64,000 bases of DNA. It comes from Daphnia carinata. Lineage: Eukaryota. Location of the stretch: positions 2,418,001 through 2,482,000 of the forward strand of contig NC_081332.1 of the NCBI RefSeq assembly GCF_022539665.2, read 5' to 3'. The position numbers were made by a program, and so were the translations under genes. The notes under the pieces were generated by a model. That model saw only the letters and a program-made list of their open reading frames with translations, was not told the DNA's origin and did no database searches. Below are positions 25,440 to 38,259 of the stretch, piece after piece. The first letter of the stretch is position 1, and every line of letters starts with the position of its first letter.

Positions 25440-27442
25440 GTCTTTTTTGATGGCAACAAATAGATCAGCTAAGAAAATCGGTTTCGAATTCAAAGTGTTG
25501 ACTGTCTGCTGCAATCGAACGTCTGGCCTGCTTTATACTAGCCGCCTAACACGATCGAAAGTAAAAAAAAAAAAAAAAAACGGGTAGACGTGTACGCAAG
25601 TACGGACCCGGGTGTAGGAAGTTGGGGGGGGGGGAGGAAAAACACCAAACATGGCCGCCTGCGCGCAGAACAGGAATGAGGAACCTGCTCTTTCTCTTCA
25701 TTTTTTTTTTCAAGGTTTTTCTTTGTATTTTCTTCTCAACGTAAGACGTCAGAGAGACGCCATTGTCCGATGCATATGCAAAACATAGAGTTGTAGAGAA
25801 ATCGAAAATGTATGTCACCGCCGCCGCCATAACTTTAACTGTCAAGGACGCTGGTACCGTGTTACGCTTGCATTCAGAAAAGACGTCATCGATTGCATTT
25901 TATTACTCATCTTTATCGGGAAACGGTTGTCGTTTTTTTTTTTAAATAGATAAATGAGAATGTATTTTAAAATAATGGTTGCGTCACGGTCTTGTATAGG
26001 GTCCGTTCCGAAACTGGTTGTGCAAACGAGTCGCATTTCGCATTCCAGTGTCAAATTTCAACTCGTCAAATGGCGAGATTTTTTTTTTTTTTTGCCATGA
26101 TCAGCATAAATGACCATGTCCCTCCCCTCCCTCCTCCTCAGGCGATGATGTATCAGATAGAAGAGATTTAAAAAAAAAAAATGAGCTTTTTACTGAACAT
26201 CCTCTGCGTTCAAGACAAGTGGCCTATATTCATTTACAATAAAACCAATCGAGTCCCCTATACACGTCTAAGGCCTAGGACATTTAAAATAAAAAAACTC
26301 TTGAGGGCAGTCGACTTTCACCTCCATCCGCTTCCTGCTTTTCAAATGCGGATGTCTCGATCACATGGGCCCGCATCCAAAAAAAAAAAAAACCCACATA
26401 CATCGTGCGCGGTCGGGATGGTTACAATCACGCAAAGGGCACAATTGAAAAGAATCATTGACACAAACTATGTAGAGGGTAATCATTTTATTGTATCGAA
26501 GACTCAAGGCCTTTTTGCGGACCGCACGAAAATGAAAAAAAAAAAAAAAAAATGCACTCACGCGCACGAACGTGACAAAAATGGCAGACAAAAATTCATA
26601 ATACAGGCCAAGGCTTTTCTTTTTTTTTATAATTTTTGGTTTTGTAATTAGTAGTCGTGGGTGTTGCGATTCTCCACAATAAACAAAAAAACAAAATGGA
26701 ATCAATTGTCTCTCTAAATGTGAAAAAGGCTATTGCGGGGATTCATTTAAAAAAAAAAAAATAAATAAATGCAATTATAAATGTAAGACATGACGGCACA
26801 AACAACCGCGTGATGTCGCTGACTTTGGTGAGGTACGTCGACATCCACAAAACAAATGGACCTGAATGTTCTTTCTTCTTTTAAATTTTTTTTTTTTAGC
26901 ACATCAAAGATATGGCTTTTACTGGTAGGGGGGGGGGGGGATGAAAACTGGAGCTTCTTTTTTTTTTTTCTAAACAAAAAATCATTATATTATCTATGTA
27001 CATAATAAACACAGTTATGTCTGTGTATAATGCGTTATAAATTAAACGGAACATTAATTGCACGGCCGAAAAATAAATGAAAATCAAAGATAAACATAAA
27101 ACAGGAAACTTCTTTTCTTAGCAAAAAGAAAAAATGGCCGTTGTACAGGTGAAACCTGACTAGAAAAGGATTTCGACCAATGAAAAAAAAGAAAAAAAAA
27201 ATCAAGAAAAAGATTAAACAAATTTGAAACTTACAAAATATGTGCTAAATTTCATGGCTTGGGGGGGGGTGGGTGGGTAGGGTGGGAATTGGCAAAACGT
27301 TTTTCAATTATCCAACAGTCTTTGAATAGTGGACTAGTTAAAGATGGGGGAACTCGTGGCATAACAGTTTTCAATGGCACTCGTATTTCAATTCATTTTT
27401 TATTCAAATTGAATGAATTAAATTTTTTTTTTTTTTTTTTTT

Positions 27443-29949
27443 TTAGGACTCCGTTTCGACCGTAGTCGATTCGGCTGTTTCATCTCGGACGGGATGACCC
27501 GTACTGAGATCGATGTACAGGGCGTCGTCGTCGTCCTCTTCGTCGCTCCCGTGCTGGCCTTTATTCGCCTGTTCGTCGTAGACGATTTCCGGCTGGCCAC
27601 CGCCATCGACCGGATTCACCGCTTCCGACCAAATTTCCAAATTCGAGCATTTCCAGTAGCTCTCGGGCAATTTGGTCGCCTTGCGGCCCTTCAGCTGGAA
27701 ATGCAATCCAATGTGCTCGGAGAGCTCCTCCTGATGGGTCACAGTGAAATCGCAGAAATTGCAACGGTAACTCCCCGCCGCGCCGTTGGCCGCGTGATGG
27801 CCGTTGTGACTGGCCAAATCGTCCTGACTGCCACACCTGAACGGGCAGTACTGACAGAAGAAAGGCTCTTCGACGCTCTGATGCTGGACAGAACGCAACT
27901 TGTCTTGAAGCCAAATGTGCTGGCGATCGGCCGTCGACAGCGGCTGTTCGGGCAGGTGAATCGTCGGCACGGCCGGCTCCTGCGTCTCGACGTCCATGGC
28001 CTCGTGGGCAGCCGCGTCGGCGGCCGTCTCGCACTCGTCGTGCTTCTTCATGTGCTGGAGAAAATTGGCGTAGTACTTGACGGCGTAATCGCACCGGTCG
28101 CAACGGTATCGCTGTTTAGACCCGTGCAAATTGGAATGCACTTTAAACTGTTCCTTTTTCTCGAACGAAGACGGGCATTTGGAACACTGAAACCTCTTGA
28201 GCGCTTTGGCGCTGTCCGTCGCCCTCTCCGCCACCTCCTCGCTGTCCGTCTGGTGCAAGTGAAGCATCTCGTGCTTCGTCAGGTTGTCTTTAGCTTTAAC
28301 GGCGTAGTTGCAGAAGCGGCAGCGGAACGGGCCGTTGCCTCCGTGCAGCGAGATGTGATACTGAAGCGCTTTGCTCTCGGCATCGAATTTGGCCGGACAC
28401 AGGTGACAGGAGGACGAAGCCTTTTCGTTAGTTGCGTTGCTGGCATTAACGTCCGGCATCTCTTTGCGGCTGGTTAAATCGATGGCCCCCTCTTCTTCGT
28501 CCGCACTGCTGGCCGGTTGGACGGCCAGTATGCACGGCTGCGGATGCTGTTCAGACGCTCCGTGATGTTCCATCAATACCTGTCGTATACAAATTCAAGA
28601 TGAAATTAATAATTGAAAAATGAAATGAGGAGGATAAAATTAAAAAATAAAGACCTTGGTTCTTTCTTGATATTCGCGACTGTGAACCTTCCAGTGGGCC
28701 AGCAGGTGATTCTCCTGGCGGGCGGTATAGGAACACACGTCACAACGGAAGGCCAACTTGACACCGTGAAAACGTTGGTGAATCAAAAGTTCCGTCTCGA
28801 CCAAGAAACGGGCCGGACAGTGAGCGCAAAAATGCAATCGTTTTCCAGCGTCTTTGTTGTCTTCCGTCCGGCCCAGCAGCAAATCCAGTTTGGGTTGGGG
28901 TGCCGCGCTGCTGGACGACGACATCGAAGAGCACGATTCGTCCGCTTCCCTGCCCATCGCTGTGGCCGTTTCGGCTACTAATTTCGATAGACCCGACGCT
29001 CCGGCCAATTGGCGCAGCTGCTCGTCGTCCGGCCTGGTCGGGTCGGCCAGCGCGTGGATGATACCCAACACGTTCTGGTGGACCTTGACGTGAGCCGAGA
29101 GGACTCCAGCGTTATTGCAACGATAATTACACATAGTACAAGCGTGCATGTTATCTCCTCCGTTGCCCGTCTTGGTCTGATGTCTCTTTTCGTGCTCCTG
29201 GATATTGGCCTTGCGGACGTTCACGTGCGGACAATGGCGACATTTGAACATTTTGTAGAACTTTTGTCCGCGAGATACCCAAGTTAGTGGGATATCGGAC
29301 AACGAGACAGTAGCCGAGTCCGGCAACCGGGCGATGGTGTTGGGATCCAAGCCCAGGTGGGTGTAGCCTTCAGATCCGGCCCCATTGTTAACGGCTGGAA
29401 CGGAGGATGAAGAGGATGACATGGCCGCCGTGGAGGGTGATTGATTTTCGATGGAGGTCATGGCTACATCCTCGTCCGTCATGTCCAGCACGGCCTCAGC
29501 GGCTTCAGCCTCCGCTTCGGCTTCCGAGCCGATGGGGTCCGAATCGGAGGCGTAATGATCGCCGTCCAGCAAGCCGATAGGTGGCAGGCCGTGCACGCAG
29601 AGGTGTTGATTCAGCAAGTGCCTGCGGCTGACGTTGTAAGAACATTGCGAACATTTGTAGGGCGCACCTCGCGGACGGTGGAACTGTCTGTGATACACGT
29701 ACTGGCTCTTGTTGTCACTGACGTACGGGCACGAAGTGCAACGGAATCTTTTTTCAGGGCTCTGTTGTTCTGGAACATCATTCTGCATTCATTCATTTTT
29801 TTTTTTTTTTCTCATTAGTTTCAATTTTCAAATTTCAATTCAAGATTTAAAATTTGCCTTTTCAACGCTGGAAGAAAGCTGGCCGGAAGCGTCCAATTTC
29901 AAGTCGTGCATTCCGTGAAGAACGAGATGCTGGGCAAGTTCTCTGCACG

Positions 29950-29982
<33 letters not shown>

Positions 29983-30198
29983 CGATTAATGTACACCAAA
30001 GAGTTTGGTAATAATTTCAAATTTGAATTACTGTTTATCGGCCACGAAAAATGGGCAGATGGGGCACTTCATGGGTCGGCCCGGTCCGCTCTTATGATGT
30101 TGTCGGTGAACTTCAATGTCCGTCAGGCTTTTAGAGATGAACGGACAAACGGAACACGAATATTGCTGCGCATCCGGATGCATTATATAACCTGTTCC

Positions 30199-30231
<33 letters not shown>

Positions 30232-31904
30232 CAAAATGAATAAATGGCATAACAGAAGTTAAGAAATAAAAAAAAATGTACCCATAGAATCTTCCTCCGG
30301 TAGAGGACTCTCGCGTTTGACCGCCTTCTTTTTCTCTTTGCCGTTCAATAGCGAAACGGACAAATCGTCCCCTTCGCGACTCAATTCTGGACCGTCTTCC
30401 TCCGTCACCCGATTTTCAATCACTTGAATATTTCCATTGTGTTTCAAACGGCAATGGCGCTGATTATTCATAAAAAACAAAACAAAAAAAAAAAAAAAAA
30501 AAATGAGTTCCAAGTTTCATTTCAATTTTGTCCACATCACAACTAAATTGAACTAAAAAATTAATAAAGACGCGGACATTTTTTTTTTTCTATCTATCTT
30601 ACCAACATAAAATCTATAACTGGAATGTTAGCAAATTAAAAGAGAGACATGAAAAGAAAGAGAAATAAGAAAACCTGAATCACATGTTTCCAATTGGAAA
30701 CTTGATTGCATACTCCACATCGGAAAGCAGGCGCTGAGGAAGAAGAAGAACCTCCCCCGACAGAGAGGAGGGAGGCGGGCGGTGGCGGAGGCAAGAGGTG
30801 AGCCTCACCGACGGCCATCTGTCCACCGCTAGTCAGACCAGTTGATGAAACGGACAGAGCCGGACTGCTCCCGCTATTAGTACCGACACCCGGATGATAG
30901 TGAGCACTTCGAATGTGCTGCAAGACCGTCTCCCGGTTATGATCCCTGTCCACAGAAGTTCCAGGTGTTTCGTTAAGAGAAAGAGGGACGGAAAAATTCA
31001 GTTAACCAACCACCACAACCAATCACCACAGTTAGTTTCAATAATTATGCAATGAGAGTATTAATGCCATTAAAAGTTAATTGTTTTTTTTATAAAACGT
31101 CGCTTCATTAAAAAAGACTAAAAAAAGCAAAAAAAAAAAAAAACCCTAGTTTGTTTTCTTCCGGACAGGACGGAAATGACACCATGGAAACAATACCCTA
31201 ATGACACTCTGCCAGTTGGATCCTTTGCCACAGAGGCCGCACGAGAAATTGTCCCGTCTCGTGTGCTTGGCCATGTGAGCCAACACCATTCGCTTATCTT
31301 TGTGCCTAACTATTCAGACACGCAAAAATACTGTACAACTTCTTTTTTTTTTTTTTTTGTTTTTTTTAAATAAATTTGCATAAAACAATTCAAAAAATAA
31401 ATTGAAATCTTAAATACGCCACTGATGGAATAAATAATGAATTTAGAAAAAAAAAAAAAAATAAATAAACAAAACTCTCAACTTACTTGAAAACGCAACG
31501 TTTGCACTTCCAGATGGTCCGGCGAGGGTTGCTGGCCCCACCGCTAGAGGATTTGGTTGGCGACGGGTAATGATCCGACAGATGGGCCGACGAATCGTCG
31601 TGATGAAGTGCGTTCAATTGCGGCAGTTGGCGGATGGCGGGCGGCGGCGGCAAGATAGTGGAGGCGATGTTGGCCAGCGACGTGGCCAACGAGACGGCCG
31701 ATAAATTGAAAGGCAGCGTTTCGCTACCACTAGCGCCACCGGCGGCCGCAACAGGAACAGGTGAAGGCACCGGAGATGGCGATGGAGACGGTGACAACGA
31801 GTCCGTCCGTCGAGACGACGAGGCCGCAGTCCTCCGTCCCATTTCTTCCATGGCGAAACGGCCATGAGTTAAAGACGGCCCACCTTTAATTTTAATTCAA
31901 TTAA

Positions 31905-31942
<38 letters not shown>

Positions 31943-34254
31943 TCTAGGAGGAACAGCCACGAGTTTCACTTGCCTGATTCCGTGACGCGCATCATAACCA
32001 AATAACGGTCGTATTGGTCGTAATGACGTTCGCCCGAGGCGTCCAGCAAGAGAACTCGAGCTTGCGTGTGAGCCGGATCACGGGCTGCTTTCAACTTGAT
32101 GTGTTTGGTAATATCCCACCTGAGGCGTTAAACAAACCACATCATTAGCGGAGCCGAGTAGTTGAGGCACGTCCACCTCCCGTCGCAAGGATAAAAATCA
32201 TCAATCAATTCATAATGAAAAAAACATTTTCTTTTACCTCCAGTTGGATCGGTAGGCGCACTGGGAACATTCAAACGGTTTCGTATTCGTATGGCCGACC
32301 ATGTGGACGTGAAAACGACTGGCCGTCGTCGCCCAGAAAGAGCACTGAGGGCAACGGTAGACTCGACGGACGGTCGAACGATCCATGGACAAAGAGCCCG
32401 CGGCCGGAGCTCCGGCCCCACCCGTGACGGCCCCAATGCCCGGGGCCGTTTCGATGCCCACCAGACTGGCTTCGGAAACGTCGCTTCCGGCAACGGAAGA
32501 GGGCCGCTTGTTCTCTTCCTCCTCCATCATCATCATCATCATCATGGCGTCCGTCTCGGATTCCGTGTTGGACTCTTCCTCGGCGGCCGATTGGTTCCAG
32601 ACGAACACCTTGTTCTCCATGGGGTGAGGAGGCGGGGCCGCGGGTGCCGCTGCCGCCTCCTCGCTCTCGTGGCCGGCAGCTTGCAAGGCTCTGGGACATT
32701 GTTTCAAGTGGGAAAGCAGGTCGGCCCTCGTCTTGCACCGCTGGCGACAATGCTGACACCTGGACGACCACGATATGCTGGCGGGCACGGCGCTGGCCGT
32801 CGACGGGGGGATCTCTTCCGCGCGGACGGATTCATTGTTGCCGGCCAATTTCTGGGCCAGCTGATCGAGAAAGCCGCTCTTCCTTTTACGTGTCTCATCG
32901 GCGCATTTCTGATTTTTGGCCAGCAAGCCGACCGCTTCCAGGATGGACGAAGAGCTGGCCTCTTCGTCCCATTCACGGACGGGAATTTGCGGAATTTTCA
33001 ATATGGTAGGGGAGGGAGACGTGGGCGGCTGGGCCGTCTGGCCGATCGGGATCAAATTGGGGATGGGCCTGGCGGCCGTTTTCTTGGGTGGAACTAATTC
33101 CGGAAGAGGAACGGACAAACTGTAATTGACGGGCGAAACTTGGCTGCCACTCGTTTTCGTTTCTCCGTTGGTCTTGCACTGCTGACGGACCAACTCGGCT
33201 TCCCAGGGGCTCTTAAAATTAATGCACTGGGCACGACTGCGGGCGTAAAGGCGTCCGTTCTTTTGAGCCACACCGTCCGGATGGAGGAAGCCGAAATCCT
33301 CTAGATCCGTTTTAGACGAACTGGCCGGCTCTTCCACCTCGTCTCGATCACCACCGGCTTCATCTCCGTCCTCTTCCTCGTCTTCCTCTTCGTCCGCAAC
33401 GCCCTGGCGGGCGCTCTGCTCCATCCTCTCCAGTCTCAACAGCTCCGCTTCATCCGCATCCATGGCCGTTTCAGCCGGATTGACTTCGTTGAGCTGGTCG
33501 GAGGCTCCCACCTTATTCCGGCGACGTGCCGATCTGGCCTTGTCCGGACTGAGATGATGATTTTGTATGTGGACAGTCAGCGATTGCTTGATGTGGGCAG
33601 TGAAATTGCATAAGGAACACTGGTACATTCCTCCGCCCATATGATTCTTCAAATGTCTGTCCAGGTTCCACTTGTAGGGCGTCCGGAATTCGCACAAGTC
33701 ACATTTAATCATGGGCATCGAATGATACTTGACGTGTTTGGTGTAACGAGCCTTAACGTGCGTGACGTAATTGCATTTAACGCACCTGAAGAACTAAGGA
33801 GAAAACAAAAAAAATGGCGGACTGTACGATAATTCATTAACGTTTTTAACGAATTGAAAGGCAAACAAAAGGTCTGCTTTTTTTTTTTTACCTTTTTCTT
33901 GAGATGTGTTAGCCGTTCGTGACGTTGTAAGGTGACTCTCGATCGAGTGGTAAAGTCGCATACGGAGCACTTGAAATCCCCACCGGCCGTGATGGGTAGT
34001 GGCGCCGACTGGCGGCCACTGCTTCCATCACTCAATTTGCTGCTTCGGTGGTGGCTGTGATTACTACCAGCAGCAGCAGCGGCTGCTGCGTCATCCTCTT
34101 CATCCATCATCAAAGCTTCTTCGGCTTCAAATTCTTCCATGTCTTCCATATCTTCTTCGGCCATGGCGTCGTCATCATCTGATTGGCGGTCGCCGACAGG
34201 TGGATGGTTGTTGTTTCCCTGGCTCTTGTAACTGGATGGCACCGGTGGCGCCAT
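27443..34254 (-). CDS. Large multi-C2H2 zinc-finger transcription factor with dispersed finger pairs; alternatively spliced
   Basis: About 10 coding exons plus one alternative exon. Many CX2CX12HX3-4H fingers (e.g. CVKCNYVTHVKARYTKHVKYH, CPQCSFWATTASRFHVHMVGH, CSQCAYRSNWRWDITKHIKLK) are separated by acidic or Ser/Pro low-complexity linkers. ATG 34254 directly follows an acceptor AG, so further upstream exons are likely. Confidence 0.9.
30675..30945 (-). CDS. Mutually exclusive exon B of the zinc-finger gene
   Basis: ACAG acceptor and CAG|GTTTTC donor; 271 nt, phase 2 to 0. Encodes DHNRETVLQHIRSAH...(S/G/P linker)...FRCGVCNQVSNWKHVIQ. Confidence 0.88.
31197..31305 (-). CDS. Mutually exclusive exon A of the zinc-finger gene (absent from the ORF track)
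   Basis: TTAG acceptor and AGG|GTATTG donor; 109 nt, phase 2 to 0. Encodes HKDKRMVLAHMAKHTRRDNFSCGLCGKGSNWQSVIR, completing two fingers with exact C2H2 spacing. Confidence 0.85.
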
Positions 34255-34269
34255 CTATATCCAAACCCA

Positions 34270-34492
34270 ACCAGAGTATGAGAGAGAGAGACAGAGACAT
34301 TGCAATACAGACAACATAACTTTGTTTTCATAATAATAAATTCAACATGTACAACTGATAGACGCAGGTCTCTCTCTCTCTCCCCCCCCCTCTCCCCGTC
34401 TTGAGAGGCAAAAAAAAAAAAAAGAGATAAGAACATCTTATCAGAATAAAGGAGGAGGAAGTCGGGGAAAGAGAAAAGAAAAAGAGAACGGG

Positions 34493-34523
<31 letters not shown>

Positions 34524-36795
34524 AAGAAAATAATGAAGAGTTTACAATTCGGGAGCACGTTCTGAACGGGAACGCAACTGGTGGTGATTGTTAAACCATC
34601 GACATCTTATCGGTTCAGATCACGCACCTCAATCAAGGTCGGCGTCAGCTTTGTTCAAAAAAAAAAATAATAATAATAATAATAAATGATTATTATTATG
34701 ATTCCCCCTCCCCCCCCCCCCGTTGAATCACGCGTTGAGAGGACGTAATGCCTTTGCTATCTCTTTTCACTTTTAGGTTTTTGTTTGCACCTTCGGATGG
34801 CCTTTGTTTCTGCTGCAAAAGTCTTATCGCGTCTCTCTCTCTCTCTCTCGTGTGTGTATGCGTTCGTTCGACCTGGATCCATTTATTCCGTTCGTCGTTC
34901 AAGAAAAAAAAAAAAAGGGAAAGAGAGTTAAGCAAGTCTGAGAGAGTTTTTTTTTTTTTTCTTATCATGTGAAAAACAAGGCACGGGCAAAAGATAGGTG
35001 CACCGAAGGTGGAGACGTGCTGGTCCATTGCGCTCCCACCTGATGACTCTGCGGCCACCCGAACTGATTACGAAGCCGAGGCATTCCACCTCACGTAGTC
35101 TTTTGTTTTTCTCTTGTTTTCTCTCTTTGCATTTCGAAATTTTCTTTTCTCTTCAAAGTTTACCTTCTTCCCGTGTTGGACGAAAGCCAAGTTCCATCAA
35201 ACTGAGGAAGAGTGTTTAGTTCCAATCGCACGCACGTAAACCAATAGCGCAAAAGGTGAAATGACTCCGATCTGTTGCAATGCAACACTTCTTGCGTTTC
35301 GCCTACAATTCCAACCAATAAACGAGGCCCAGGTATTGGGGCCAAAAGAAAAAAAGAAAAAATAAAAGACGGGGCAACCAGAAACCGATTGAAACCGCCG
35401 CCTTCCGCTTCTGAGGGCCGCGTCACGTTGCCAACACACACACACATACATACATACACAGAGAGAGAGAGAGAGGCCCCAACAGCCGAACCGACCGAGA
35501 GGATGTGTGTGTGTAGGTTTTCTGTAACTAGTCCATCCTACCAAGCTCCCTCTCTCACATTTATCGAAGCAGGAAACCCTCTCTTTGCTGACTAGTCGCA
35601 AAGAGCCGGAGGAATGTGACGAGCAAACATTTTTTAAAAACATTTTTTTTTTCTTTTCTTTCCTAACATTTCGATTTGTTTTTGTTTCAAATTTAAAAAA
35701 AAAAATAATAATCAAAGGGTCATTTTACCTTATTTTTTTTTTTATTTTTTTTTTTTTCAATTGGCCTTTTTTTTTTATTTCGGGAGGAAGGGGGGGGGTC
35801 GTCTGAGAGGAATCTGGATGAAACGATACAACACGAGAGCTCGACTGCAACTAACCTCTCTCCCGCTGGCCTCGTCCAGCTCTCTCTCTCTCTCCTCACT
35901 CTCTGTGTGTGTGTGTGTGTACACACCCTCCCTTCCAGAATGAGGACCGCCTCCTCCTCCTCCTCCTCCTCTAGGACGAGGAGGGTTCGGCAGCCCCTAC
36001 TCTGCCGAATGTGCGTGGTGGTGGTGGAGCCACGTCACCCGGTGACGCTCACGCGACATGCAACCCTCCTTTATACTCTATACCTCCCCGACCAACAAGA
36101 ACAAAAATATATGTATCAAATACAAAAACATTATGTGTGTGTGTGTGTGTGTGTTGTTATCGTTGAAAAAGAGATGGAGAAAAAAAAAAGAAAAAAGTCA
36201 TCCACATCCACCGTCAACCACAGGATCCTGCCTCGCATGGCGCTTCCTTTTCCTCGTGCGGACCTCCAATAGGATCCATCCTCTCTCCTCATACGTGAAA
36301 GAAAAAGCCTAAACGTAGCAACTTGATTTTTTGTTTTTCTACTCTCTTCGTCAAAAACCCTCCCACCCCTGCCCGACTAAAAAAAAAAAAAAAAAAATGA
36401 AATATTTATTTTTCGAAAATGACTCGCCTATCTCGATCGTCTAGAAATGTATATATCCGTCAGATAAGAAACATAACAAGTGACGGCTACAGGTTGCGCT
36501 AACGTGTGTGTGTGTCTGTGTGTCTCTCTTTGCAGTTGTCGAAAGAGAAGGAGGGGAATACGATTGTGAAACTGTTTTTCAGGTGCGGTCGCGAGAGGAC
36601 CGCCACCTGTACAGGTGTCTGAACGGCGAGAATATAAAAAAAAAAAACTCATTATCAATAAGACTGGACTTAAAAAAAAATATTAGAAAAAAAAGGCTGT
36701 GGCAAAAACGTGGCAGTGCATCGTCTGCGTGTTTCTCTCTCTTTCTCTGGGCGAAACAGAACGCATCTGCCCAACGCACCTGCTTCAACAAGAGC

Positions 36796-36831
<36 letters not shown>

Positions 36832-36960
36832 AAGCCATAGCACCAAGTTAGAATTCACTCTCTCTCTTGTTGGATGTACGCCAGGTTTATCGATCGTGAG
36901 TCTTCTTCAACAACCTTTTCTGGAAGGACGTAAAAATACAAAAAAGAGAAAGAGGAGAAG

Positions 36961-37002
<42 letters not shown>

Positions 37003-37653
37003 GAAAAGGAGAGAATACGGTACACCCAGGGTTGGTGGTGGTGGTTTAGCAGCAAAGACTAGCGGATGGCGTGATGGCGCGGGCGCCGGAAGATTTGGAT
37101 CAATAAGCTTTTGGGGACGACCCCACCCACCACCCTGGACGGGGAGCCATCCGCTACCGTCGAACCTAAACATCGAAAACCCTCTTTTTCCACCGAACCA
37201 ACATGGAAGACCTACGAACACACACGCACATACACAAAAAGTCAGGTGTGTGTGTGTGTGTGTGTGTGTGCCAGCTTCGACTTCTGTCTGACTGCTGCTG
37301 GTACATGCTTAACATGTACCAGCATCAAGGAATCAATCAACTGCTGTTGTTAAATAAGGTCACACACACACACATGACTATTTCAAAACACACACTCGCG
37401 CGCGCACACACACACACACACATACAGAAGAGGTAAGAAAGAAGAAAAAAAAAAAAAAAAAGACACACATACGTAACAACGTTGCCACGGGAGACGGGAT
37501 TTTTTTTTTTTTTTTCTTTTTCATCCCACACACACAGAAGAGATAAAAGAGACGAAAAAGAAAGAAGAAGAAGAAGAAAAAAAAAAATCATTGGCAAACG
37601 AAATAAAAGAGAAAGAGGGCGCCATGTCTTCGTGGAGGATCGTCTGGAATTGG

Positions 37654-37690
<37 letters not shown>

Positions 37691-38218
37691 TACAGAAAAG
37701 AGAGAGACTCACGACACGACGATCCTTTAAAAGAGAGAGAGAGAGAGAATGAGATGAAAAAAGCTTCTTCTTCTGGCTCTGGAGCCAGCATCAGAAATAG
37801 AGCAGCCAGCCAGACCAGCAGAAAATGGTTGTTTTTCTTTTATTTTTATTTTCTGGTAGCTGCTTGCTGCTTGCTTGCTGCTTGCTACTGCCTGGCGTCG
37901 TTTACAGACACACACACACACACACCCCGAGAAGTTGTGTACAGCAGCAGCAGCAGCAGCAACTCTCTACGTAAGAGGTTATCTTAAAAACCCGAAAGAA
38001 AAAAAAAGAGGCCAGCCAGCAGAGGCAAACGAAAGACGGGGGGGGGGGGGAACCATCGATCGATGATGGTCGTCTATATTATAGAAACCGACCACGTGGT
38101 TTAGCACACTAATAAATTGGCAACATGGACTTTTTTCGAAATCAATCTTACCTGTTATGTGTTCCTTGTATGTCCCTTTCACTCCAGCCTGTGTGTTGGA
38201 ACACTGACGAATAATCCC

Positions 38219-38259
<41 letters not shown>

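Noticed and set aside
27494..28477. 327-aa plus-strand ORF (also 32291-33097, 28613-28981, 29441-29818)
   Set aside because: Antisense shadows of GC-rich zinc-finger exons; no ATG context, splice structure or recognisable motifs.
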